A DNA stretch of 64,000 nucleotides, taken from contig OZ244170.1 of the NCBI GenBank assembly GCA_965216565.1, forward strand, positions 3,136,001 to 3,200,000, given 5' to 3'. The notes beneath the pieces are model-generated. The model was given only the letters and a program-made list of their open reading frames with translations, was not told the origin of the DNA and searched no databases. Made by a program: the position numbers and the translations under genes. This document shows positions 50,340 to 59,697 of this stretch, in pieces (within the stretch, counting starts at the first letter, position 1; the number at the start of each line of letters is the position of its first letter). The stretch is from Bythopirellula sp. GTDB lineage: Bacteria > Planctomycetota > Planctomycetia > Pirellulales > Lacipirellulaceae.

Positions 50340-51686
50340 TTACTCAGATTTGTTGTCTGACGAGGAGGTATCTTCTACTTTTTGTGTGGTGCCCTGCTTT
50401 TGATCTGTGTCTTCGTCAAATTCGACCGTCACGTCCATGCCGACAAAAGCCTTGGCGTGGTCAACTGCAGCAGGATCATCGATCGCTATTCGCACTTCGA
50501 CCACACTGCGATCCGCAGGGGCAAGTGGATTTCGGCTTTGCACGCCCGGTGGAGCTATGATTCTGCCAATGCGTTTCACGGTTCCTCGCATTCCTCCGCC
50601 GCGCTTCCCCGTTTTCTCATCCAAAGGTCCATCGGCGAACTTTCCGGAGAACGAGGGACTACGAATTGTGACCCCCTGCTCTTTCTGTAGTTCTTTGACA
50701 TCTGCCTCGTACACCTCGGCTATACAAATCATTGAACGCAGATCTCCAACTTGAACGATCGGAGTTTGTGTAATAAATTCTCCCGGCCGCAGAAATACCT
50801 TCAGCACCGTGTAGGGACGCTCGTCGGTTGCCTGCTGATCGTCTTCTTCAGGGTGATCTCGCTTGCATTCAATGTCGAGCACGTTGTCGAGTTCTTTGGC
50901 CGGAACATGGGGCGAGAGCAAAACCGAGCGCTTCAGCGTTTCTTCCGCCACTGCAATTTCTTGCTCAATCGCCATGGTGTCGAAACCCTTCTTAAGCTGT
51001 TTCTCACTCAGTTCGGCAACCTGGATGTTCTCCTCCGCAGCCTTGACAGCCTTGGCCGCAGCTTCCTTGGCAGACTCCAATCTTTCGGCAGCGATCTTTT
51101 GCTCTTGCTTCGCCAGGTCCATTTCGTTCTTCTTCTTGGCCAATTGATGCGGGTTGACCAAGTCGGGATCAGCCTGGCTCAATTCGTACATGCGCTGATG
51201 CTCGGCACTGGCGAGTTTGCTGGCCTCCTTGAGAAGGTCAAGCTTCTCTTCCTGCAAAGGTAAAGCCGACTGCTTGGCTTCAGCCTCTGCCTTGGCTGCT
51301 TCAGCTTGGGCTCGTTGGGCTTTGATCATCTGAAGATCTTGTGCCCTTTTCTTGCTAGCGAGATCGAGCTTTGTCTTCAGAGCGTGCAGCTGAGCACGGC
51401 CCAGATCGTAGCTGGCGAGTAAGCCGAGTATTCCATTGGCGGGCACAAGAGCATTCTCTTTGACGTCGGCATCCAGCTTTTGCAAACGCTCACCGGGAAT
51501 TGCACTAATCGAAATGATGCCTCCCGCTGGCTCTAGTCGGCCAAGTGCGTACACGGAGCGGGGCACATCGTCGGTCGAAGCTTCTTTTCCACCACCTAGA
51601 AATTGACTATCGCAACCTGCTAGGAAACTCAGAGGAAGAAGTAGTGCGGTTAAATTCCTGCGTGTAGGACGGTGGCCCATGCGCAT
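50340..51686 (-). CDS. devB: DevB-type HlyD membrane fusion lipoprotein
   Basis: Lipobox 'LAGC', 'V.ALGRLEP.G', coiled coil, 'M..IAEVYE.D', 'DRSVVEVRI', 'GMDVTV'. Confidence 0.8.
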   Translation of the reverse strand: MRMGHRPTRRNLTALLLPLSFLAGCDSQFLGGGKEASTDDVPRSVYALGRLEPAGGIISISAIPGERLQKLDADVKENALVPANGILGLLASYDLGRAQLHALKTKLDLASKKRAQDLQMIKAQRAQAEAAKAEAEAKQSALPLQEEKLDLLKEASKLASAEHQRMYELSQADPDLVNPHQLAKKKNEMDLAKQEQKIAAERLESAKEAAAKAVKAAEENIQVAELSEKQLKKGFDTMAIEQEIAVAEETLKRSVLLSPHVPAKELDNVLDIECKRDHPEEDDQQATDERPYTVLKVFLRPGEFITQTPIVQVGDLRSMICIAEVYEADVKELQKEQGVTIRSPSFSGKFADGPLDEKTGKRGGGMRGTVKRIGRIIAPPGVQSRNPLAPADRSVVEVRIAIDDPAAVDHAKAFVGMDVTVEFDEDTDQKQGTTQKVEDTSSSDNKSE

Positions 51687-52066
51687 GGTTTCGTTCTCGT
51701 TTTGTAAAGGGAGTCTTGCTTATTGAATAATCGAAGGAAATCTACTAATCGTACCTTGCGCCAACCGCCAAGCCGGGCTTTTGGGACGAGAATTCCTGGA
51801 TTCGTCTTCATCTGAGCTGCAAGCAATCAGCCATCCCCGCTTGCTGCGATCAAGACTACTTTATTCAATATAATCAGAATCACTGGGCCCATGAACCGAA
51901 ATCGTCCTGGTTGGCGGGTAGTCTTTGCACTTTCCTAGCTTTTCGGTTCGCATCATTCGTATTGCCTGAATGGTCTGATACTGGGTAGAGTTGACCCTCG
52001 CATGAGCAGCGGCTTAGGACTGCTGGTTTTCTTGCAGCGATAATCTCCAACAGGCAGATAGACAAT

Positions 52067-52372
52067 ATGCGACGGTTCTCTAGCTTTCTCATGGGTATGG
52101 TCTTTGGCGCTGGAATGCTCTACTTCCTGATGATCTATCACATCGTGCACGCCGCAGACGGGCACCATTTGATCCCAAAAATTGATTCGCAGCTTCCCGA
52201 TACCTACGTCGATATCCGCGAATTCACATTTAAGGATTGGGCCGATCATTCCGATTTGGCCGCTGCGCTGATCAAAGCGGATCGGGGCGACCTAGTCGAA
52301 GGTGCTGCTTCTGGTGCTCTCCAGAGGGGCATTGACAATCTACTTGGTGGTAGAGAATCACAAGTGCAATAA
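52067..52372 (+). CDS. Hypothetical membrane-anchored protein
   Basis: N-terminal TM; 'YHIV...DG...IPK....DTYVDIREF...DW..H..LA.AL'. Confidence 0.65.
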   Translation: MRRFSSFLMGMVFGAGMLYFLMIYHIVHAADGHHLIPKIDSQLPDTYVDIREFTFKDWADHSDLAAALIKADRGDLVEGAASGALQRGIDNLLGGRESQVQ

Positions 52373-52623
52373 GCACAACCCAAATAGCTTCGCGCCTTCG
52401 CCCGCATACGACGGGCAGTCAATAGGCCCCTTCTTAACCGACGCAATGCTACGACCCGAACAATTCTTACGGCCCGCGGCCGTTTGAAGTCGTCGGCTCC
52501 GTTATCACGATAAATCACTATGGACGAGTGAGCGATGCCGCGCCCTCTGTAGAGCGTAGCTAGCCAAACCAGCATTCGTGCTGGTCGACATTACTCAATG
52601 CCTCTGACGGTTAAGGTGATGAC

Positions 52624-52905
52624 GTGGAATTCAATCGCAATCAATATTTCTTCCTCGGCATAGTGATCTTGCTATTTGGAATTCAAGTACGCAATGTAAG
52701 TGCCTATGTACTGACTCCCGAGGCGACCCAATTCTTGGCGGAGAACACTGGTTCATCGGATAATACCATGATGTCGTTCTCTCAAAGCATGGGGGCAACC
52801 CCTCGCAAGGTATTCCATCCTCCTGAGTGGCTCGGCTGGTGCCTGATGTCTGTCGGCGCAGTGCTTGTGCTGCACAGCTTGGCTATGCCGAAACCAGGCG
52901 GCTAG
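52624..52905 (+). CDS. Hypothetical two-TM membrane protein
   Basis: 'NRNQYFFLGIVILLFGIQ', 'PPEWLGWCL.S.GAVL.LHS.AMPKP'; AAGGTG SD. Confidence 0.65.
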   Translation: MEFNRNQYFFLGIVILLFGIQVRNVSAYVLTPEATQFLAENTGSSDNTMMSFSQSMGATPRKVFHPPEWLGWCLMSVGAVLVLHSLAMPKPGG

Positions 52906-52954
52906 TTCTGCTTACACATTTACATCTACAGCATTCAATACTGTGCTTAAAGAA

Positions 52955-53449
52955 ATGGCTAATCAAATGTTGCGTAAATACTTCCATTGGGTTGAGGGAC
53001 TAATTGTGGCCGCGCTGATGTGCGCGATTACCTGGATGAACAGTCCCGTCTCGGCTTTGGACAGTTTTGCCGGCAGCAATCCGTACGACGCACGGCTTAA
53101 TACAGGGTCTGGTACTAACAAAGGGAAGCAGGACGAGGATCAAAAGCGGATCCGCGAAGGCACGGAAGTCGTAGGGCGATCTGGCCACTTTCGCCAAGAT
53201 GGCGATGGAGCAATTTTCGTCACCGATGATGGCTACGAACTGGGCGGGTTGCCCAATCTCAATCTTGAACGCATTGTCCGCACTCTTAAAACGGCGGACG
53301 ACAGCAGCACCATCCGCTGGCGTGTTAGCGGCAATATCACAGAGTTCTCGGGGCGCAACTACCTGTTCATCACACGAGCTGTCTACAAGGCAAAAACGCC
53401 ACCCCCAGTGCCGGCTCAGCTCTCTGCGGAATCCTCGGCGGACAAGTAA
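52955..53449 (+). CDS. Hypothetical secreted protein
   Basis: Signal-like segment, 'RIREGT', 'LPNLNLERI', 'WRVSG.ITEF.G.NYL.I.RA'; start reset to avoid overlap with the upstream gene. Confidence 0.6.
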   Translation: MANQMLRKYFHWVEGLIVAALMCAITWMNSPVSALDSFAGSNPYDARLNTGSGTNKGKQDEDQKRIREGTEVVGRSGHFRQDGDGAIFVTDDGYELGGLPNLNLERIVRTLKTADDSSTIRWRVSGNITEFSGRNYLFITRAVYKAKTPPPVPAQLSAESSADK

Positions 53450-53620
53450 GCATCTAGTCAGGTCGGGCACACACTCCTCAGAAAGTAGTCTCGGCTTGAC
53501 ACTCACACGTGCAGTGATAGGATCGACCTGGGCAGATTCCTTCCAGGCAAACCCGCCGATTGGGTTCTCCCTTCTTCCTATTGATTTTCCACTTACCTTT
53601 CCGTGTTACGGGATTCGACT

Positions 53621-53974
53621 ATGAGCTCTTACCAACGCATTGAGGTTAGCGAATCGAGCAATGTTTCGGTGGTTCGCTTTAAGGACCAGAAGATTATCGA
53701 TCCTCAGGCAATTCAGGAATTGGGCCAAGAGCTATTCGACCTGGTGGAGAAAGAAGATCGTAAAAAAATCGTCGTCAATTTTGCCAATGTGGAGTTTTTG
53801 TCGAGTGCCGCTTTGGGCAAACTGATCACCTTCGAGAAACTCACCAAACGGCTCAAGGCTGACTTGATCCTGACAAACATTGCGCCGGAGATTTTTCAAG
53901 TATTCGCGATCACAAATTTAGATAAGCTTTTCCAAATCAAAGACAACGAATCTGACGCCCTGGCAGTGCTTTAG
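53621..53974 (+). CDS. STAS-domain anti-sigma factor antagonist
   Basis: 'VVRF.D.KI.D', 'VNF.NVEFLSSAALGKLI', 'VFAITNLDKLF.I'. Confidence 0.9.
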   Translation: MSSYQRIEVSESSNVSVVRFKDQKIIDPQAIQELGQELFDLVEKEDRKKIVVNFANVEFLSSAALGKLITFEKLTKRLKADLILTNIAPEIFQVFAITNLDKLFQIKDNESDALAVL

Positions 53975-54246
53975 AAGAGCATGCTCGACACAGGCGTTGT
54001 TGCGTGGGAAGTGGATTTCTCATGCCAACTAACTAGAATGAAACTGTATCAGCGGCAAGATCGGCGGCTGTTCCATTGACCCCGCATGGATTTCATCGCA
54101 CTCGACAAGTAACCCGGAGTGGTGAGTGATCTGGGTCAAGTCGAAATCACGAGAGGCGATTCAATAGGATCTCCATCTCGCAACTTTGCTCCGCGTCTAG
54201 CAAGGTCAGATAGCGGGAGCGGGAATCGCACAATTCGAGCACTGGC

Positions 54247-54666
54247 ATGACTACCTCCGATCAACCTCTTACCTTAACGTGCGATTTACCCAGCACGCTG
54301 ACGGCCTATCACGACTTTGTACAGGAAGTGCTCACTAGTCTGCAGGAATTCGGTTGGCCCGAAAAAGAGTTGTTTGGTGTCCACATGGCACTGGAAGAAT
54401 CGATCAGCAACGCCATCCGCCACGGCAACAAAGAAGACCCCAACAAGATGGTGCATGTTGAGTGCCAGCTCGATGCCAACCGATTCTTTGCTGAAATTCG
54501 AGACGAGGGCGAAGGCTACGAGCCCGGTACCGTCCCCGACTGCTGTTCGCCGGACCGGCTGGAAGTCCCGGGTGGCAGAGGGTTGAAACTGATCCGGGCC
54601 TACATGGACACGGTGGAACTGGAAGACTGTGGCCGCTGCCTGAAGATGGAAAAACGGCTGAAATAG
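54247..54666 (+). CDS. RsbW/SpoIIAB-like anti-sigma factor kinase (HATPase_c)
   Basis: 'ALEESISNAIRHGN', 'IRDEGEG', 'GGRGL.LIRAYMD.V'. Confidence 0.9.
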   Translation: MTTSDQPLTLTCDLPSTLTAYHDFVQEVLTSLQEFGWPEKELFGVHMALEESISNAIRHGNKEDPNKMVHVECQLDANRFFAEIRDEGEGYEPGTVPDCCSPDRLEVPGGRGLKLIRAYMDTVELEDCGRCLKMEKRLK

Positions 54667-54743
54667 CTGTCGCAAATCGTCCCTTGCCGCTGCCCGTAGC
54701 GTTAGATACGATGGAACGTTCCGCCAACACTTCTGGTGCTTAT

Positions 54744-54816
54744 TCCTCGGTAGCTCAGTTGGTAGAGCAAGCGGCTGTTAACCGCTGGGTCGTAGGTTCG
54801 AGTCCTACCCGAGGAG
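54744..54816 (+). tRNA. tRNA-Asn (anticodon GTT)
   Basis: Acceptor TCCTCGG/CCGAGGA, D-arm GCTC..GAGC, anticodon arm AGCGG-CTGTTAA-CCGCT, T-arm GTAGG-TTCGAGT-CCTAC; no encoded CCA. Confidence 0.97.
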
Positions 54817-54817
54817 C

Positions 54818-55056
54818 TTGAGTTTCTTCGTCTATATTCTGCAATCGAAGCGTCTCGGCGTCGCGATATCGGTCAAACAAAGAATCTACAGCGTCGCTTG
54901 ACTGAGCATAGTGCCCAAAGCAATAGTGCCAGTCGCTTCACGGCCAAGTATTCGGGCAGTTGGAATCTAGTCCACCATGAGCCGTACACCACACACTCCA
55001 AGGCCATACGACGGCAAAACTCTTTGAAAAAGGGGCGTAGTTCGAGTACGAGCTAA
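54818..55056 (+). pseudogene. Frameshifted small GIY-YIG (YhbQ/UPF0213-like) nuclease
   Basis: One frame gives (M)SFFVYILQSKRLG. After a -1 shift near 54859 it reads RRDIGQTKNLQRRLTEH...RFTAKYSGSWNLVHHEPYTTHSKAIRRQNSLKKG*. Confidence 0.75.
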
Positions 55057-55085
55057 TCAGCAAATTGGTCGAGCAAGTGAGTAGG

Positions 55086-56840
55086 ATGACACCAGGCACC
55101 AACCAATTCAAAAGCCCCGCGTTGTGGATCTTTCTCGTCACCCTGGCAGTTGCAGTGTTTGTAGGGCAGCGGGTACCGCCAACTTGGATCGTTGGAAAAG
55201 TCGCGCTCGATGTCGAAACGGAAGACGGTGGCGACCCGTTTGTCTTGTTCCAGGGAGAACAGCGCGCCGTAGACACCGCGATTCCGCTTGCGGACTCGCC
55301 ACTGACAGTTGCCAAACTGAACGCGGCTGAAGATAGTCCCGAAGCAGCCGATCAGCTCGTCTTCGAAACCTTCGACAATGGCAACGGCGAAGAACGCCAC
55401 TATTTCCATCAATCGGCCCAACGACATTGGGGAATTTGGTCCTTCCTACCTGCCCTCATCGCGATACTACTTTGTTGGATCACCAGGGAGCCGATCTCCT
55501 CGCTCGCCGCCGGCATTGTGGTCGGTGCGGCACTGATTGGACAATTCAATGTGCTGGACGGCGTTCTAATCCCCTCCATTGGTACGCCCTCAGCGGCAAC
55601 AATTCTGATTCTGTACCTTTGGTTACTCGGCGGACTCATGGGCATCTGGGCCAAGACGGGTGCTTCGGAGGCATTTGCCGACTACATGTCAGCACGCTTT
55701 GTGCGTGGCCCCCGCTCTGCCAAGCTTGTGGCTTGGTTGCTGGGAGTGATCTTTTTTCAGGGTGGAACGATTAGTGCCGTGCTCGTGGGAACAACGGTTC
55801 GCCCCCTGGCAGATGAAGAAAGAGTGTCGCACGAGGAGCTATCGCTGATTGTCGACTCCACTTCTTCGCCCATCGCGATTCTTATGGCATTCAATGCCTG
55901 GCCAATATACGTGCAGGGATTCATGGGAGTGGCGGGAGTCTCGTATCTAGCAACTAAGTCGGACCGCATCACATTTTTCTTTCAGAGTATTCCGTATAGC
56001 TTCTATGCAATGTTCGCGGTGCTATCGACGTTTCTGATCGCAATCGATAAGCACCCGACCTTGCCAAAAAAACTAAAAGCGGCCCGCAAGCGTGCCCGCG
56101 AGACGGGCGAGCTAAACGCACCAGGCGCGGAACCACTAGCCAACGACGATCCCGGTTACGATTTTGTGCCTGCTGGTTACACACCCAATGTGCTCGAATT
56201 CCTGTTGCCCCTGGCGACGCTACTGGGCGTAGCGATTGGTACCTACGTCGCCTTCGATTCGCCGGAAGTACTGTGGGCATTCGGAGCCGCGATGATGTTG
56301 GCCGCCGTGATAGCCTGGATCAAGGGCTTGAGCCTCCGACAAATCGTCGAGGCAATTCTCGACGGCCAGAAGGGCGTTATCTTGGGTAGCGTTATCTTGC
56401 TGCTGGCCATCACCATTGGCAAGCTCTCGCAGGACGTCGGCGGTGGGCCGTACTTGGTGTCGCTATTGGGTGGACTGCAATGGCATTGGGTATTGCCGGC
56501 CATGGCTTTCTTGATTGCCGTGGTGATCGCCTTTTCCACGGGCAGCAGTTGGGCCACCTTCGCCGTGACGCTACCACTGGTGATGCCCTTGGCCCACGCA
56601 GTGGCAACCAATCAGGGCCTCGCCCATCCGGAACTATTCATGACCATCTGCTTTGCCGCGAGCATCAACGGCGGCGTGTTCGGCGATCAATGCTCGCCCA
56701 TTTCCGACACGACAATTCTCAGCTCGATGTGTACCGGGGCCGACCTGATGGCACATGTCACCACGCAAATTCCCGTCGCCGTACAAGCCGCATTACTCGC
56801 CGTCGCGGGCTGGACGATCATTGCGTTAGTGAGTGTCTAG
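55086..56840 (+). CDS. Na+/H+ antiporter NhaC-family transporter
   Basis: 'WSFLPALIAI', 'VRPLAD..RVS.EEL..IVDST.SP', 'AFSTGSSWATF', 'GGVFGDQCSPISDTTILSS..G.D..AHVTTQ'. Confidence 0.88.
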   Translation: MTPGTNQFKSPALWIFLVTLAVAVFVGQRVPPTWIVGKVALDVETEDGGDPFVLFQGEQRAVDTAIPLADSPLTVAKLNAAEDSPEAADQLVFETFDNGNGEERHYFHQSAQRHWGIWSFLPALIAILLCWITREPISSLAAGIVVGAALIGQFNVLDGVLIPSIGTPSAATILILYLWLLGGLMGIWAKTGASEAFADYMSARFVRGPRSAKLVAWLLGVIFFQGGTISAVLVGTTVRPLADEERVSHEELSLIVDSTSSPIAILMAFNAWPIYVQGFMGVAGVSYLATKSDRITFFFQSIPYSFYAMFAVLSTFLIAIDKHPTLPKKLKAARKRARETGELNAPGAEPLANDDPGYDFVPAGYTPNVLEFLLPLATLLGVAIGTYVAFDSPEVLWAFGAAMMLAAVIAWIKGLSLRQIVEAILDGQKGVILGSVILLLAITIGKLSQDVGGGPYLVSLLGGLQWHWVLPAMAFLIAVVIAFSTGSSWATFAVTLPLVMPLAHAVATNQGLAHPELFMTICFAASINGGVFGDQCSPISDTTILSSMCTGADLMAHVTTQIPVAVQAALLAVAGWTIIALVSV

Positions 56841-57144
56841 GCTCCGCACAATTGCGACGTCATTTTCGAGAATACAGTTGTAGCCTTTTCAAATCGAAAC
56901 GAGTTAGCTTGAGTGTCAGTGGGTTTGGCATACTGTCTGATGCAGAACCCTGCCGCGGAATCAGGAAACATTTCTCGGCAAACATCCGCCCGACTGTGCG
57001 TTTAGTCCGATGCCCCTCTGAGCTCTCGGTTGGTTCGATCATCATGATTCCGCAATACTCTCACGAATTTTCATACGATTGTTGCCCTGAGCTCGCGGGC
57101 TTGTGATCGGCCACAAACGGTGGCCAATCTGCTATAAAGGAAGA

Positions 57145-58362
57145 ATGCCACAAGAACCTACCCCAGAAGTACCGCAAGCGCTTGCAGTGAAGCGGATATT
57201 TTATCCGCCCAAGGGCGGAATTGTTCTGCTGCTCGCCTTCATTGCCTATGCAATGATCAGCACCCGCGGTGAGAATTCGGCTTCGGTCATTAAGACGATG
57301 TCATTCAATATCCGAGCTGATTTTAATTTCGGCGCTCCTTCGAATGATGACAATGCCTGGATCTCGAATTCAGGCAATCATCGTCGAGATTTGGCGACGA
57401 CGGTCATCAGTGAGCACGGGCCAGACATACTAGGCGTACAGGAAGCATTCAATCATCAGGTGAACGACCTTACCGCAGCTCTGCCGGAATATGATTTCTA
57501 TGGGGTTGGCCGCAACGATGGGGCAACAGCGGGTGAGTACAGTGGTATTTTCTACCGGGACAACCGCTTCACGAGAACCAACCAAGGGACGTTTTGGCTA
57601 AGCCTGACTCCCGATACGCCAAGTGTATATCAAGGGGCAACGTTTCGGATCGCTTCCTGGGTAATACTACAGGATAGCGAAGCGGACAACCGAGAGTATG
57701 TGGTGCTCAACTCGCACTGGGCCCAAGGTCATGCGGGCACACGAGCTCGCAACTACTCTGCTGGTCTAGTCCGTGAACGTCTCGAAACGATTGCTGGCGA
57801 CCGGCCTATCATTGTCATGGGCGATCTTAATCTGTTTGAGCCTCAAGTGGCGTACGATAGAATTACCAGCCAAAACGATCCCAATGGATTCCAACTACTA
57901 GATAGCTATCGAGAAATCTATCCCACCCAAGGTCCCAACGAAAGAACCAACCACGGGTATATCGGGCACATCGACGGCAAACGGATCGACTACATTCTGC
58001 ACACCGACGGATTCCAAGCAGCAGCGGCAGACATCGTACATACCAATTACAACGGCAGTTTTCCTTCGGACCACTATCCGATTACCTCGACATTGGTTCT
58101 AAATCCTGAGGGCGATTTCGACGCAGACGGAGACGTTGATGGTATCGACTTCTTAGCCTGGCAAATCGATGCTTCATCCAATCCCCAAAGCAGTTCAGAC
58201 CTTGCTATATGGGAAAGCAACTATGGCGCAATTTCTAGCCTGGTGAGTTCCGCCCTGGCATCAGTTCCGGAACCTTGCGCGGGCATACTACTAACCATGG
58301 GAGTCGGGACTCTTCTCTTGCGTGGTAGTGCACACAACAGAATTTGCAAGGATTGCCTCTAG
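57145..58362 (+). CDS. Endonuclease/exonuclease/phosphatase (EEP) family protein with dockerin-like motif and PEP-CTERM
   Basis: 'MSFNIR', 'PDILGVQE', 'GVGR.DG..GEY..IFY', 'NSHW', 'MGDLN', 'RIDYI', 'PSDHYPI'; 'GDFDADGDVDGIDFLAWQ'; 'VPEP'. Confidence 0.88.
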   Translation: MPQEPTPEVPQALAVKRIFYPPKGGIVLLLAFIAYAMISTRGENSASVIKTMSFNIRADFNFGAPSNDDNAWISNSGNHRRDLATTVISEHGPDILGVQEAFNHQVNDLTAALPEYDFYGVGRNDGATAGEYSGIFYRDNRFTRTNQGTFWLSLTPDTPSVYQGATFRIASWVILQDSEADNREYVVLNSHWAQGHAGTRARNYSAGLVRERLETIAGDRPIIVMGDLNLFEPQVAYDRITSQNDPNGFQLLDSYREIYPTQGPNERTNHGYIGHIDGKRIDYILHTDGFQAAAADIVHTNYNGSFPSDHYPITSTLVLNPEGDFDADGDVDGIDFLAWQIDASSNPQSSSDLAIWESNYGAISSLVSSALASVPEPCAGILLTMGVGTLLLRGSAHNRICKDCL

Positions 58363-58567
58363 TAATTAACTCCTAGATGTTCGCTGCCTACCGTACGACT
58401 TGTAGTGCAATCACACTAGTGGGAGTGGCATCCGTCACGGAAATTTGGCGAATCGCTATCGCGCTACTTGAGTCCTCTTGGCTGACAAGTATATTCCAGC
58501 TTGATCACGTTTGATCGAGCGAAATGCATTTACAAAGTCGGCGAAATTTAATTGACTGGCGCTGCCC

Positions 58568-59305
58568 ATGAAGGGAAGACTGAACCACAATCGGTTCGAA
58601 TCGGGCCTGACAAACTCTGCAAGTGACTCTCGCGTCCTGCCAATGCTCTATCAAAGTTTTTGTCATGCTTCAGAAAGCAGGAGAGATATTTGGGAGTTCT
58701 CGGTCGACATGAGTGACTTTCGTGCCTTCAACGTTTCGAAGCAAGAATTGAGACGGCTCTTAAGCCACGGGTACATCGCTCACGCACAGGAGATATCTAA
58801 GCTTGGCGAGAGCGGCAGAAAGTTTATCGCAATTCGCAGCCTTTCGATCCCCGAGGGATCTTGTTTTGTGTTGACCAAGAAAGGCCTGGAGCAAGTGAAG
58901 GCCGCCAAGACTGCTTCCGGCAGCAGTCGAGAGAATTGTCCAAGCTTACGATTACCACACTATTCGTTGCAAAGTGGACCTTCTCCAGACGATCTACCTC
59001 AGCTTGCCATTCCTAGTTGGAATCAAGAATTAAAGGAATTGCACGTGGCAGGACAACTTGTAAAAAGATTCCACCGCCCGGCAAGAAATCAGGAGACCAT
59101 CTTGTCGGCCTTTCAGAAAAGTGATTGGGAACGACGCATTGCAGACCCTTTGCCTGTCGAAGAAGAGCGACTTGAGCAGACTGCGACGCGGCGACTGCAA
59201 GATGCCATTCGGTCACTTAATCGTCATCAGGCCAACAACCTGCTTGTGTTTCGAGGCGACGGCAGTGGCACGGGCATTATTTGGGAGTCCCGGGAAATTG
59301 CATAA
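58568..59305 (+). CDS. Hypothetical protein, possibly a winged-helix DNA-binding regulator
   Basis: 245-aa ORF with C-terminal 'PSW....EL...G.LVKRF..PA.NQETIL.AFQ...W...I.DPL...RL.DAI.SLN..Q...F.GDG.G.GI.W'; function inferred only. Confidence 0.55.
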   Translation: MKGRLNHNRFESGLTNSASDSRVLPMLYQSFCHASESRRDIWEFSVDMSDFRAFNVSKQELRRLLSHGYIAHAQEISKLGESGRKFIAIRSLSIPEGSCFVLTKKGLEQVKAAKTASGSSRENCPSLRLPHYSLQSGPSPDDLPQLAIPSWNQELKELHVAGQLVKRFHRPARNQETILSAFQKSDWERRIADPLPVEEERLEQTATRRLQDAIRSLNRHQANNLLVFRGDGSGTGIIWESREIA

Positions 59306-59697
59306 GCTCGCCTGCTGACCCGCCCTTCCTCTCCCAGCAACTTCGTATCGAGCGATACTCGACGCCAGAAATATTCTGCGCTTTTGCATAACTGTTGTGA
59401 CGATCCCCGGTAGGATACCGGGCTCTCACCGCGGAGCTAGCCACATAGGTGGTCAGCCTCAAAGCCGGGGGAATCACAAGAACAACTTATTGCTTCGAAT
59501 TAAGTCCGGCTCAACCAGGTTGATCTCCGGGTTCTATCTTCCGCCGGACGTCATGGCATCGCCCGTTTGAGAGCGTCTTACTATTTGCGACATTCTGATC
59601 GCCAATATCGGCCGGCTACGGATTCTGCTTACTACCTAGCACAAGACGAAGCCGCGCCGAGTCTATCCATTGTATTCGTAAATCCTGGGGCTCAACG

